From Eledone cirrhosa (taxonomy: Eukaryota), in the NCBI GenBank assembly GCA_964016885.1, contig OZ024740.1, positions 25,854,001 to 25,918,000 on the forward strand: a stretch of 64,000 bases of DNA. Direction: 5' to 3'. Under the pieces are notes generated by a model. That model did not search any database, was not told where the DNA came from, and saw only the letters and a list, made by a program, of their open reading frames with translations. Below are positions 30,001 through 43,872 of this stretch, piece after piece (positions within the stretch are counted from its first letter, which is position 1; every line of letters starts with the position of its first letter). Made by a program: the position numbers and the translations under genes.

Positions 30001-33000
30001 AGATACTTCTATTGTAGTTGTAGTTACTGCTATTGTAGTTGTAGTTACTGCTATTGTAGTTGTAGATACTTCTATTGTAGTTGTAGATACTTCTATTGTA
30101 GTTGTAGTTACTTCTATTGTAGTTGTAGTTACTTCTATTGTAGTTGTAGTTACTTCTATTGTAGTTGTAGTTACTTCTATTGTAGTTGTAGTTATTTCTA
30201 TTGTAATTGTAGTTATTTCTATTGTAGTTGTAGTTACTTCTATTGTAGTTGTAGTTATTTCTATTGTAATTGTAGTTATTTCTATTGTAGTTGTAGATAC
30301 TTCTATTATAGTTGTAGATACTTCTATTGTAGTTGTAGATACTTCTATTGTAGTTGTAGTTACTTCTATTGTAGCTGTAGATACTTATATTGTAGTTGTA
30401 GTTACTTCTATTGTAGTTGTAGTTACATCTGTCGTAGTTGTAGTCATTTCTATTGTAGTTGTAGATACTTCTATTGTAGTTGTAGTTACTTCTATTGTAG
30501 CTATAGATACTTCTATTGTAGTTGTAGTTACTTCGATTGTAGCTGTAGATACTTCTATTGTAGTTGTAGTTATTTCTATTGTAGCTGTAGTTACTTCTAT
30601 TGTAGTTGTAGATACTCCTATTGTAGTTGTAGATATTTCTATTGTAGGTGTAGTTACTTCTGTTGTAGTTGTAGTTACTTCTATTGTAGTTGTAGATATT
30701 TCTATTGTAGTTGTAGTTACTTTTATTGTAGTTGTAGTTACTTCTATTGTAGTTGTAGATACTTCTATTGTAGTTGTAGTTACTACTATTTTAGTTGTAG
30801 ATACTTCTATTATAGTTGTAGTTACTTCTATTGTAGTTGTAGATACTTCTATTGTAGTTGTAGTTACTTCTATTGTAGTTGTAGTTACTTCTATTGTAGT
30901 TGTAGTTACTTCTATTGTAGTTGTAGATGTAGTTACTTCTATTATAATTGTAGTTACTTCTATCGTAGTTGTAGTTACTTCTATTGTATTTGTAGCTGTA
31001 GTTACCTGTATTATAATTGTAGATACTTCTATTGTAGTTGTAGGTACTTCTATTGTAGGTGTAGATACCTCTATTGTAGTTGTAGATACTTCTATTGTAG
31101 TTGTAGTTACTTCTATTGTAGTTGTAGTTACTTCTATTGTAGTTGTAGTTACTTCTATCGTAGTTGTAGTTACTTCTATCGTAGTTGTAGTTACTTCTAA
31201 TGTAGCTGTAGATACTTCTATTGTAGTTGTAGTTATTTCTATTGTAGCTGTAGTTACTTCTATTGTAGTTGTAGATACTCCTATTGTAGTTGTAGTTAAT
31301 TCTATTTTAGTTGTAGTTTCTTCTATTGTAGTTGTAGTTACTTCTATTGTAGTTGTAGTTACTTCTATTGTAGTTGTAGTTACTTCTATTGTAGTTGCAG
31401 TTACTTCTATTGTAGCTGTAGTTTCTTCTATTGTAGTTGTAGATACTTCTGTTGTAGTTGTAGATGCTTCTATTGTAGTTGTAGTTATTCTATTGTAGTT
31501 GTAGTTATTCTATTGTAGTTGTAGATTCTTCTATTGTAGTTGTAGTTACTTCTATTGTAGTTGTAGACATTTCTGTTGTAGTTGTAGTTATTCTATTGTA
31601 GTTGTAGTTATTCTATTGTAGTTGTAGTTACTTCTATTGTAGTTGTAGTTACTTCTATTGTAGTTGTAGATACATCTATTGTAGTTGTAGTTATTCTATT
31701 GTAGTTGTAGTTATTCTATTGTAATTGTAGATTCTTCTATTGTAGTTGTAGTTACTTCTATTGTAGTTGTAGTTACTTCTATTGTAGATGTAGTTACTTC
31801 TATTGTAGTTGTAGTTACTTCTATTATAACTGTAGTTACTTATATTGTAGTTGTAGATGTAGTTACTTCTATTATAATTGTAGTTACTTCTATTGTAGTT
31901 GTAGTTACTTCTATTGTATTTGTAGCTGTAGTTACTTCTATTGTAGATGTAGTTACTTCTATTGTATTTGTAGCTGTAGTTACTTCTATTGTATTTGTAG
32001 TTGTAGTTACTTCTATTTTTAGTTGTAGTTACTTCTATTGTAGTTATAGTTACTTCTATTGTAGTTGTAGTTACTTCTATTGTAGTTGTACTTATTTCTA
32101 TTGTAGTTGTAATTACTTCTGTTGTAGTTGTAGTTACTTCTAATGTAGTTGTAGATATTTCTATTGTAGGTGTAGTTACTTCTGTTGTAGTTGTAGTTAC
32201 TTCTATTGTAGTTGTAGATATTTCTATTGTAGTTGTAGTTACTTCTATTGTACTTGTAGTTACTTCTATTGTAGTTGTAGTTACTTCTATTGTATTTGTA
32301 GCTGTAGTTACTTCTATTGTAGATGTAGTTACTTCTATTGTATTTGTAGCTGTAGTTACTTCTATTGTATTTGTAGATGTAGTTACTTCTATTGTATTTG
32401 TAGTTCTAGTTACTTCTATTTTTAGTTGTAGTTACTTCTATTGTAGTTGTAGTTACTTCTATTGTAGTTGTAGTTACTTCTATTGTAGTTGTACTTATTT
32501 CTATTGTAGTTGTAATTACTTCTGTTGTAGTTGTAGTTACTTCTATTGTAGTTGTAGATATTTCTATTGTAGGTGTAGTTACTTCTGTTGTAGTTGTAGT
32601 TACTTCTATTGTAGTTGTAGATATTTCTATTGTAGTTGTAGTTACTTCTATTGTAGTTGTAGTTACTTCTATTGTAGTTGTAGTAACTTCTATTGTATTT
32701 GTAGCTGTAGTTACTTCTATTATAATTGTAGATACTTCTATTGTTGTTGTAGGTACTTCTATGGTAGCTGTAGATACCTCTATTGTAGTTGTAGATACTT
32801 CTATTGTAGTTGTAGTTACTGCTATTGTAGTTGTAGTTACTGCTATTGTAGTTGTAGATACTTCTATTGTAGTTGTAGATACTTCTATTGTAGTTGTAGT
32901 TACTTCTATTGTAGTTGTAGTTACTTCTATTGTAGTTGTAGTTACTTCTATTGTAGTTGTAGTTACTTCTATTGTAGTTGTAGTTATTTCTATTGTAATT

Positions 33001-33765
33001 GTAGTTATTTCTATTGTAGTTGTAGTTACTTCTATTGTAGTTGTAGTTATTTCTATTGTAATTCTAGTTATTTCTATTGTAGTTGTAGATACTTCTATTA
33101 TAGTTGTAGATACTTCTATTGTAGTTGTAGATACTTCTATTGTAGTTGTAGTTACTTCTATTGTAGCTGTAGATACATATATTGTAGTTGTAGTTACTTC
33201 TATTGTAGTTGTAGTTACATCTGTCGTAGTTATAGTCATTTCTATTGTAGTTGTAGATACTTCTATTGTAGTTGTAGTTACTTCTATTGTAGCTATAGAT
33301 ACTTCTATTGTAGTTGTAGTTACTTCGATTGTAGCTGTAGATACTTCTATTGTAGTTGTAGTTATTTCTATTGTAGCTGTAGTTACTTCTATTGTAGTTG
33401 TAGATACTCCTATTGTAGTTGTAGTTAATTCTATTTTAGTTGTAGTTTCTTCTATTGTAGTTGTAGTTACTTCTATTGTAGTTGTAGTTACTTCTATTGT
33501 AGTTGTAGTTACTTCTATTGTAGTTGTATTTACTTCTATTGTAGCTGTAGTTTCTTCTATTGTAGTTGTAGTTACTTCTATTGTAGTTGTAGTTACTTCT
33601 ATTGTAGTTGTAGTTACTTCTATTGTAGTTGTATTTACTTCTATTGTAGCTGTAGTTTCTTCTATTGTAGTTGTAGATACTTATATTGTAGTTGTAGTTA
33701 ATTCTATTGTAGATGTAGTTACTTCTATTGTAGTTGTAGATACTTCTCTTGTAGCTGTTGTATAT
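1..33765. repeat. 21-bp tandem satellite array (consensus GTAGTTGTAGTTACTTCTATT) with higher-order repeats; continues off the left edge
   Basis: Continuous tandem 21-mers with recurrent variants (GAT for GTT, 20-bp GTAGTTGTAGTTATTCTATT units, 27-bp units). Identical 324-aa pseudo-ORFs recur at 15636, 18023, 22635, 25022 and 27873. Confidence 0.98.
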
Positions 33766-33889
33766 AATTCTATTATCATTAATGCTAATGTCGTTTTTTA
33801 TCGTGATTTTCTTTTTCTGTTTGTTGGTTATGTAGATCACGAGGATATCAACACATTTTGACAATATCTCTCAGAGCTGTACAGATGGC

Positions 33890-34190
33890 TCCATCATCAT
33901 TGTCATAGTCATCATCGTTAACACCACTACCAGCAGGAGATGCAATACAAATAACAGCCTCCCCATCAAAACCAATAACAACTACACCTGTACGGCAACC
34001 ACCATCTCCTCCACCCCCACCAACACCATCACTCTAATCACTTCTATCATCACCATCACCATGTTATCACCTGCTCTCAGAATGTTAAACATTATCATGG
34101 ATTGCCATCTCTGTCTTTCTAACGTCACTTGTACTACATACACTCTGCTGCAAGTGTATCTCATGCAACTACCATTACATTAACCATCAT
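33890..34190. repeat. Low-complexity CAT/CAC/CAA-rich tract next to the satellite end
   Basis: Degenerate trinucleotide runs (catcatcat, caccatcacc, caacaccatc). Confidence 0.55.
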
Positions 34191-34849
34191 ATTCTTACTC
34201 TTATAAGAAGAGTGGGGAAATATTGCTGCTATTTCTTGTAGGTCAAGTTATTCCACCATACGAGCGACCCTGGTGTTTACTATATTGTAAATATCAGTAA
34301 GCATAGGTGAGTGTAGAGATAACAGCAAAAATATATTGTACAGTAATGTTTTTTCCGCATATATCGCATATATCTTCACCTGCATTTTTTTCTGATTGAA
34401 ACGTCATATCAATATAAAAATTTAACACAAACACATATTTTTAAAAATAATATAACAGAAATGGATATAATATCGGTAAACAAAATTGATTACAAAATAT
34501 AAATGTTCACCAAAATATATTTATAAAAAAAAAAAAAAAATACGTACATAATTATAAATAGATGTGAATATTTAGAAAAAAAAATAGCAATAATAACAAA
34601 AAATATTTTTTAATATGCAAAAATTCTTGAAAAATAAAATGGAAATTTTGAAAAAGTGATATTCCGAAACAGATTTTTTTTTTATGTGCCGATAAAAATG
34701 TTATAACGTTATATAAATTAAAAGAAGAAGAAATCGATTAATTTCGTGATATACATATATGTCAGAGCGTCTGAAGATTGGTAAATGTTACATTTCGAAA
34801 AAATGATACAGATATCTACAGCGTGTGTTACAGTATTAAATATTTTGGC

Positions 34850-36665
<1,816 letters not shown>

Positions 36666-37182
36666 CAACGCAAGAAGAAATACATCCATCAAGTAACTAC
36701 ACATGTTTACATAGGACTTCGGTATAGTTTAAGTATAAAAAACAAAAGGTACGTTAATATCAATATTCATAATAATAATAGTGATGAGGAGGATTATGTT
36801 GATGATGATGAGGAGGAGATTAATGTGCTACAAAATAGAAATGAAAGGTTCTACATATTATGCCAGTGTGTATCTAAAGTAAGATATATTAGGGGATAAT
36901 ATGTTCTGATTCGTAACTATTAGTTACTGAAACAACAAATATATGAATTACAAAACAAATATAGACCGAGAAATTACTTACTATGTATATATCAATATAA
37001 TTGAATAAACAAGAGAGATGAACACTAATATAAACATACATGTATATATGTATATATATATATATATATACATTCGTGTATGTATAGAGTATATGCATAC
37101 GTTAATACACAAACAAATATATATTATATTCGTGTGTGTATAGAATATATGCATACGTTAATACACACACACATATATAATA

Positions 37183-38096
37183 CTAGCAGTAGTACCCAGC
37201 GTTGCCTAGGTAGGTAAAATAATATCTGCTTTGATGAAAAGGTGTTGATCTTAGCGACTGCGAGTTTCTTGAAAATCGGTCGTAAGGTGTAGCAAATGGC
37301 GCAATTTTGAGTGAAATCGTATGGAATGTGTGGGTGGTGGAAGAAGCTAAAGATAGGTCACCGTCCCTGAACAAAAGATGCAAAGTGTAAAGCTACTATC
37401 AGATGTGCAATGATAGGTTCTATCGTAGTATAAAAGTTGAACCAAATAAATTGATTTGTGTGTGAAGTGGAGCTGAAATTTCGAATTTGAACGAAATCGG
37501 GTGAAAGATGTGGGAGCTAGAGCCGAAAAGGCGGAAATTTGAGCGAAAAGGTGGTATTTGTCGAATATTTAAGCGGCTGCCACGCCGTTCCTGAACAAAT
37601 GATCCAAAAAGCCACTTTAAGTCGTGAAATAATCAGATCTAGCGTAGTGTAAAATTTGAACAGAGTAGGTTGATTAATGTTGGAGCTAGAGCCGAAAAAG
37701 TGAAAATGTGAGTTTCAAAAGTGGTATTTTTAAATATTCAAGCAGCTGCCACGCCGTCTGTGAACAACAAACATGCAAAATATAAAGCTATTATAGGATG
37801 TGCAATTATAAATTCTATTTTGCTTTCAAATTTGAAGGAAATCGGTGGCAAAATGTGGGAGTTAGAGCTAAAAATCTTATTTTTCGATACCTAAAAAAAG
37901 GTGACCCCCCCCCCCCTCCAATCGATTTTTATCTGCAGAATGACCCCGGAATAAAAAAAAAACGATACGCTGATATATATAAAACACTCACAGGTGAGTA
38001 ATATACGAGCCTGTTAAGTTTCATGAAAATCGGTCGTAACATGTAGCCACTATATGTAATACACACACATTGCTTGATTTTATATATATATACAGA
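37183..38096 (-). mobile_element. Non-autonomous Helitron (about 914 bp) with internal ~170-bp tandem repeats
   Basis: The minus strand starts A|TC (38097|38096) and ends with the imperfect hairpin CCTAGGCAACGCTGGG, a short spacer and CTAG|T (37186-37183|37182): canonical Helitron termini in an A|T target with no TSD. Internal repeats TGTKGGAGYTAGAGCYRAAAA occur at about 37509, 37678 and 37854. Confidence 0.8.
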
Positions 38097-38211
38097 TTAA
38101 CATATACATCCAACTACATATATATATATATATGTGTGTGTCTGTGTGTTCTGTATCTCGCTCTCTCTCTATATATATATATATCTTCGATATATATATA
38201 TATATATATCT

Positions 38212-38247
<36 letters not shown>

Positions 38248-38286
38248 TATATGTACATACACATAAATATAATATATATATTTATG

Positions 38287-38326
<40 letters not shown>

Positions 38327-38359
38327 ATAATTCATATATATATATATACCATAATTCCT

Positions 38360-38392
<33 letters not shown>

Positions 38393-38395
<3 letters not shown>

Positions 38396-38851
38396 AGGAA
38401 TTATGGTAAGGAAACAGATGGACCATAACGCACCAGAGTACACAATACTTAGAGTAGTAGAATGGGAAATAGGAAAAAGTATGACCACGACGGCAGAGCT
38501 CAAGCCGTTTTGACGGCTATTTCTCTTTCTGGACTAAGTTAGAAGTTTTAGCCTGGTGAATAAATAGCCGAACTTGTCAAGGGGGTACTTCCTTATATGG
38601 GAAGATTGTAGTTGTCAAGAGGATTGGTCAAAATTTGTTGTAAACACAAATAAGTCTATCATGGCATTTGGTAGGAGGTAGAGGTGGCTGAACTTGCTTG
38701 TAGAACAATGAGGGAGTGAGTAGAGCCGGTCAAGCGATGAAAGTGATATGTATACATATAGAAGTGATATGTATACATATCACTTTCATCAAATTTAGTT
38801 CAGCCGTCGAAATGGCTTGAACTCTGCCGTCGGGGTCATACATTTTCCTAT
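38393..38851 (-). mobile_element. Penelope-like pseudo-LTR fragment, family P1 copy a (long arm minus, short inverted arm 38801-38851)
   Basis: Homologous to 43873-44800 and 57308-57410. 38469-38520 is inverted at 38801-38851. Contains a variant HHR (minus 38498-38586: TTGACAA, stem CGGCTATTT/AAATAGCCG, then AAAAC in place of GAAAC). Flanked by (TA)n. Confidence 0.7.
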
Positions 38852-39296
38852 ATATATATATATATATATATATATCAAGAAGACGCGTAGCCGATCTCAC
38901 GGGCTTTAAGTGCTGAGAATATAAAGTTAATATGAAGAATGATTTGCACATGCACAGAGATGCTATAAAATACCTGATAAAATCCTGGTTGAGAGAAGTT
39001 GCTATCTAGCAGTATTCGGGAGTTATGGGTTCCAATACGTCTTAGTAGACGCTGGCAAGATTTCCTTCCATCTTTTATGGTTCGTCAACTTATTTTATAA
39101 GCTATCGTGTAGCATCTCTGCACACGAGAACATCATTGTTTATATGTATATAATAAAAATAAAATGTTCGCTCTACATGGCTGAATACAATAAATGTAAT
39201 CTGAGTTTTTCGAATATTAATAATAACATTCGATTCGTTTGCAATTATGCAAACAAGCCTTAATGTTATAGCCATATTCGCAAAACTCAGATTATA

Positions 39297-39610
<314 letters not shown>

Positions 39611-39632
39611 TACACACACACATATGAATATA

Positions 39633-39678
<46 letters not shown>

Positions 39679-39913
39679 TATATATATATATATATAATTA
39701 AGTTAAAGTGTACATCTACATATGTATACGGAAGTATTAGTATGCATATAAATACACACATGTATACATATGTACATGTACTCAGCTTTTCACTAGACAC
39801 TTTACAGTGAGTGTCAGCTAGTCTGTATGTAACCACACAGACGGACCGGGTTTTAGAGTCATACGGGTTTTCAAGGAAACACATTTCCTCTATTCTCCAG
39901 AGGGCCAGACAGG

Positions 39914-39958
39914 AATATTGGACTAGTTTCGATGTTATTACATCTCATCAGCAATATT
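39914..39958 (-). ncRNA. Minimal type I hammerhead ribozyme (inverted copy of 40634-40678)
   Basis: Exact reverse complement of 40634-40678. Confidence 0.92.
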
Positions 39959-40633
39959 TACCCATCTTCCGGCTTCTCTGGAGAATTGTAAAAGCACATA
40001 TCGTTATATGCTTTTTCTATGAAAATTAGTAGTGGGTAGACTAATTTGCATAGAACGTGAGTCATTGTACGCACCGGTTCAGCGGAAACGATAAAAACAA
40101 ATAACGAAACGAAATTAAATTTCGTTTCGCTTCTAACTCACTTTTGTATGACTGACGCTTAAACAATTAAGTTAAAGTGTACATCTACATATGTATACGG
40201 AAGTATTAGTATGCATATTGCTCTGGAGAATAGAGGAAATGTGTTTCCTTGAAAACCCGTATGACTCTAAAACCCGGTCCGTCTGTGTGGTTACATACAG
40301 ACTAGCTGACACTCACTGTAAAGTGTCTAGTGAAAAGCTGAGTACATGTACATATGTATACATGTGTGTATTTATATGCATACTAATACTTCCGTATACA
40401 TATGTAGATGTACACTTTAACTTAATTGTTTAAGCGTCAGTCATACAAAAGTGAGTTAGAAGCGAAACGAAATTTAATTTCGTTTCGTTATTTGTTTTTA
40501 TCGTTTCCGCTGAACCGGTGCGTACAATGACTCACGTTCTATGCAAATTAGTCTACCCACTACTAATTTTCATAGAAAAAGCATATAACGATATGTGCTT
40601 TTACAATTCTCCAGAGAAGCCGGAAGATGGGTA

Positions 40634-40678
40634 AATATTGCTGATGAGATGTAATAACATCGAAACTAGTCCAATATT
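40634..40678 (+). ncRNA. Minimal type I hammerhead ribozyme, intact core
   Basis: Stem I AATATTG/CAATATT, CTGATGA (40641-47), stem II GATG-taataa-CATC, GAAAC-TA-GTC with palindromic ACTAGT. Predicted cleavage after C40671. Confidence 0.92.
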
Positions 40679-40980
40679 CCTGTCTGGCCCTCTGGAGAAT
40701 AGAGGAAATGTGTTTCCTTGAAAACCCGTATGACTCTAAAACCCGGTCCGTCTGTGTGGTTACATACAGACTAGCTGACACTCACTGTAAAGTGTCTAGT
40801 GAAAAGCTGAGTACATGTACATATGTATACATGTGTGTATTTATATGCATACTAATACTTCCGTATACATATGTAGATGTACACTTTAACTTAATTGTTT
40901 AAGCGTCAGTCATACAAAAGTGAGTTAGAAGCGAAACGAAATTTAATTTCGTTTCGTTATTTGTTTTTATATATATATAC

Positions 40981-41203
<223 letters not shown>

Positions 41204-41215
41204 CATATATATATA

Positions 41216-43417
41216 ACTTTGAAATGTTTTGGCCAGTATTGGCCCAGGCCATGTCTAACTTAATAGCACCACCTGGCGAAGTCTTTCAATTCAGGATTTG
41301 GGCACCATGGCCCATTCGAGAAGAGAATTACTGTTTGCGGAGACATATCCGGGTGTGGGTGGTTTGTCCGGGATTACTTGGAGGAATTTGTCCAAAGACT
41401 TCTTGAATTTTGTGTGGTCAGTTTCTGTTTTGACGTGTCCTGGTGTGATGTTGAAGAGAGCAGGGCCGATTGAGGTGAAATAATTGTGCCGTATTGTTGT
41501 TATGAGTTGCGATTTAGATTTTTGAATGGGACGGATAGCATGGGGCCCAAGCCTTGGGTGTATCTTGAAGGCGATGCCAACATCATTTGGGCAGTGATGA
41601 TGGAACATTTTCCACATCATGCAGATAATATAACGCTCACGGCGACGTTGGAGTGAGTAAAGTTTCAGGTTTTCTAATCGACCCCAGTAGTCAAGGTCTG
41701 ACATGCCATCTATCTTTTTCGTGATTGCCCTTTGAGGAGCTTCAAGTTTCATGATACTTTCTTTCGTGAGGGGAGACCACAGTGGACAACAGTATTCAAG
41801 GTGTGGTCGGGCAAAAGTAGAGAAGAGAAGGATAATGGTGCGGGAATCTCTCGACTGGAAGGTTCTGAGTATCCAGGAACACATTCTGCGGGCCATGTCA
41901 ACTTTGCTGTTTATATGCGTGGTCCAGCTTATGTTGCTGTCCACGGTTACTCCCAAGTCTCTGATGTTGTTAGATGCCACGAGAGTTTCCCCGGAGGGAA
42001 GGGAGTACGGGAGTTTCAGAGCATCCTCTTTTCCAAAGTGGATCAGTTCGAATTTGTCTTCGTTCAGTAACATGTTGTTCCTTTCTGCCCATTGGGTAAC
42101 AGCCAGTAGGTCTGACTGAAGGCTTATCCGGTCATCCACGTCATTGATGACCTTTTGGAGCTTGGAATCATCAGCGAAAATTTTAATGTTGCTGTGTTTG
42201 ATGATGTCAGTGATGTCATTAATATAGATGACGAAGAGAAGTGGGCCCAACACAGTGCCTTGTGGGACCCCACTACTGACTTTGGCTGGGCTTGATTTGA
42301 CTCCCTCAACTACAACATGTTGGGTTCTGTTTGACAGGAAGCTCTTGATCCACTGCAGCAGCTTTCCAGTGACACCAATATTGGACAGCTTTCTCAGTAG
42401 AATGTTATGATCAACCCTGTCAAAGGCCTTGCTGAAATCAAGGTAGATAACATCAGTGTTGGAACCCTCTCCCAAGGCTCTCAAAATGTCATCAAAGTGA
42501 TGCAGTAGCTGCGTCAGGCAATCCCTTCCATTACGGAATCCATGCTGGTTGGAGTTCAGCATATTGTTACTCTCAAGGAAGTGGGTCATTCGCGATCTCA
42601 CCACTCTCTCAAATACCTTAATGATATGAGAGGTGAGTGAGATTGGACGGTAATTCACGGCAAGGGATTTGTTTCCCTTTTTGAAAACTGGGACAACAGA
42701 CTGGGATAGAAGGTTTTCTGGCACATATCCAGCATCCAGTGAGTTCCGCCACAGATTGGCAAGAGGAGATGCAAGTTGGTGTTGACACGCCTTCAAGACA
42801 CAAGCAGGGAACCTATCGGGACCTACTGCTGAATTATGCTTGATTTCCTTTATTGCCGCCAAGACATCAGGGGCGCCAAACGTTATGTCCGATAAGGTGT
42901 AATGGGGAGTAACATCGCCGATACAGCCCAGATCGGCCATATCAGGATTGCTGAAAACAGAGCAGTATTGTTTCTGCAGTATCTCACCCATGGTTTTAGC
43001 ATTGTTTTGAAGAGTGCCATTTTCATCAATTAGAGGGCCAACAGTAGAGCCAGTGATTTTGTGTTTTTTTGCAAATGAAAAGAACACTTTGGGATTGAGT
43101 TTGATCTTCTCAATGGCCCAGGCCTCTTCAGCTCTTCTCTGATTGTTGATGAGGGACATTATGTTGTTTTGGAGGTTATGTTTTTTAATCTCTAGTGATG
43201 AAATGGCAGTCAAGTTGATGTGTTGCTGCTGACAGTATTTCAGCTTGTTGATTTTTTTGTTCGTTCTCTTAATTTTTCTGATGAGCGTTTTTCTATTTCT
43301 AGGGATTCTGCTCTTAGATTTGTTTATAGTTCTTAATGGGGTGTGTTTAGCACATATGTTTGTAACAGTGTCCACAAATGTCTGCCAGGACTTTTTGATG
43401 TTAGTGGGTGTATGAGT
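41216..43417 (-). mobile_element. 5'-truncated non-LTR retrotransposon (CR1-group LINE) inserted in (TA)n
   Basis: Intact ORF2 3' portion plus a ~75-bp 3' UTR ending in (TA)n. The 5' end abuts (TA)n and the endonuclease domain is absent. Confidence 0.92.
41291..43417 (-). CDS. LINE ORF2 reverse transcriptase, about 708 codons, 5'-truncated (the ORF-track start inside the TA repeat is spurious)
   Basis: Motifs [67 protein letters not shown]; no internal stops. Confidence 0.93.
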   Translation of the reverse strand, partial: THTPTNIKKSWQTFVDTVTNICAKHTPLRTINKSKSRIPRNRKTLIRKIKRTNKKINKLKYCQQQHINLTAISSLEIKKHNLQNNIMSLINNQRRAEEAWAIEKIKLNPKVFFSFAKKHKITGSTVGPLIDENGTLQNNAKTMGEILQKQYCSVFSNPDMADLGCIGDVTPHYTLSDITFGAPDVLAAIKEIKHNSAVGPDRFPACVLKACQHQLASPLANLWRNSLDAGYVPENLLSQSVVPVFKKGNKSLAVNYRPISLTSHIIKVFERVVRSRMTHFLESNNMLNSNQHGFRNGRDCLTQLLHHFDDILRALGEGSNTDVIYLDFSKAFDRVDHNILLRKLSNIGVTGKLLQWIKSFLSNRTQHVVVEGVKSSPAKVSSGVPQGTVLGPLLFVIYINDITDIIKHSNIKIFADDSKLQKVINDVDDRISLQSDLLAVTQWAERNNMLLNEDKFELIHFGKEDALKLPYSLPSGETLVASNNIRDLGVTVDSNISWTTHINSKVDMARRMCSWILRTFQSRDSRTIILLFSTFARPHLEYCCPLWSPLTKESIMKLEAPQRAITKKIDGMSDLDYWGRLENLKLYSLQRRRERYIICMMWKMFHHHCPNDVGIAFKIHPRLGPHAIRPIQKSKSQLITTIRHNYFTSIGPALFNITPGHVKTETDHTKFKKSLDKFLQVIPDKPPTPGYVSANSNSLLEWAMVPKS

Positions 43418-43498
43418 GTATATATATACATATATATATATATACATATATATATACATATATATGTATATATATACATATATATATACATATATATG

Positions 43499-43572
<74 letters not shown>

Positions 43573-43630
43573 TATATGAAAAAGAACACAAGAGCGTCTA
43601 CAACATCAATATATATACATATACATATAC

Positions 43631-43711
<81 letters not shown>

Positions 43712-43822
43712 CATATATATATATACATATATATATATACATATATATATATATACATATATACATATATATATATATATACATACATATATACATATAT
43801 ATATATACATATATATATATAC

Positions 43823-43869
<47 letters not shown>

Positions 43870-43872
43870 CAT

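Larger units (their letters stand above)
39696..40968. mobile_element. Retrozyme-like / non-autonomous PLE: 469-nt unit present as ~1.1 copies (minus, 39696-40218) joined head-to-head to ~1.6 copies (plus, 40221-40968)
   Basis: AATTAAGTTAAAG recurs at 39696 and 40165, and CTCTGGAGAATAG at 40221 and 40690 (period 469 both times). The arms look identical by eye, each holds one HHR, and both ends run into (TA)n. Confidence 0.88.

Noticed and set aside
1-33765. CRISPR-like array
   Set aside because: Repeats are contiguous with no unique spacers, there are no cas genes, and the context is eukaryotic.
494-33864. Long ORFs (VVTSIVV, CSYFYCS, NYNRS and TTTIEV repeats, up to 623 aa)
   Set aside because: Translations of the 21-bp satellite in several overlapping frames on both strands, broken by recurrent 20-bp units and stops; no unique domain.
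36770-36830. Acidic [12 protein letters not shown] stretch
   Set aside because: GAT/GAG low-complexity sequence at the end of a TA-driven ORF; no exon evidence.
40528-40548. TGACTCA and ATGCAAAT motifs in the 469-nt unit as a promoter
   Set aside because: Short motifs that can arise by chance in AT-rich DNA; no supporting promoter architecture is visible.
39811-40902. Duplicated 64-80 aa ORFs in the 469-nt unit
   Set aside because: Mostly non-ATG starts or junction-spanning, with no recognisable domain; the duplication simply reflects the repeat.
41298-42803. Short ORFs overlapping the LINE RT
   Set aside because: Shadow frames of the RT coding sequence; the same applies to 63285-63704 opposite the PLE RT.
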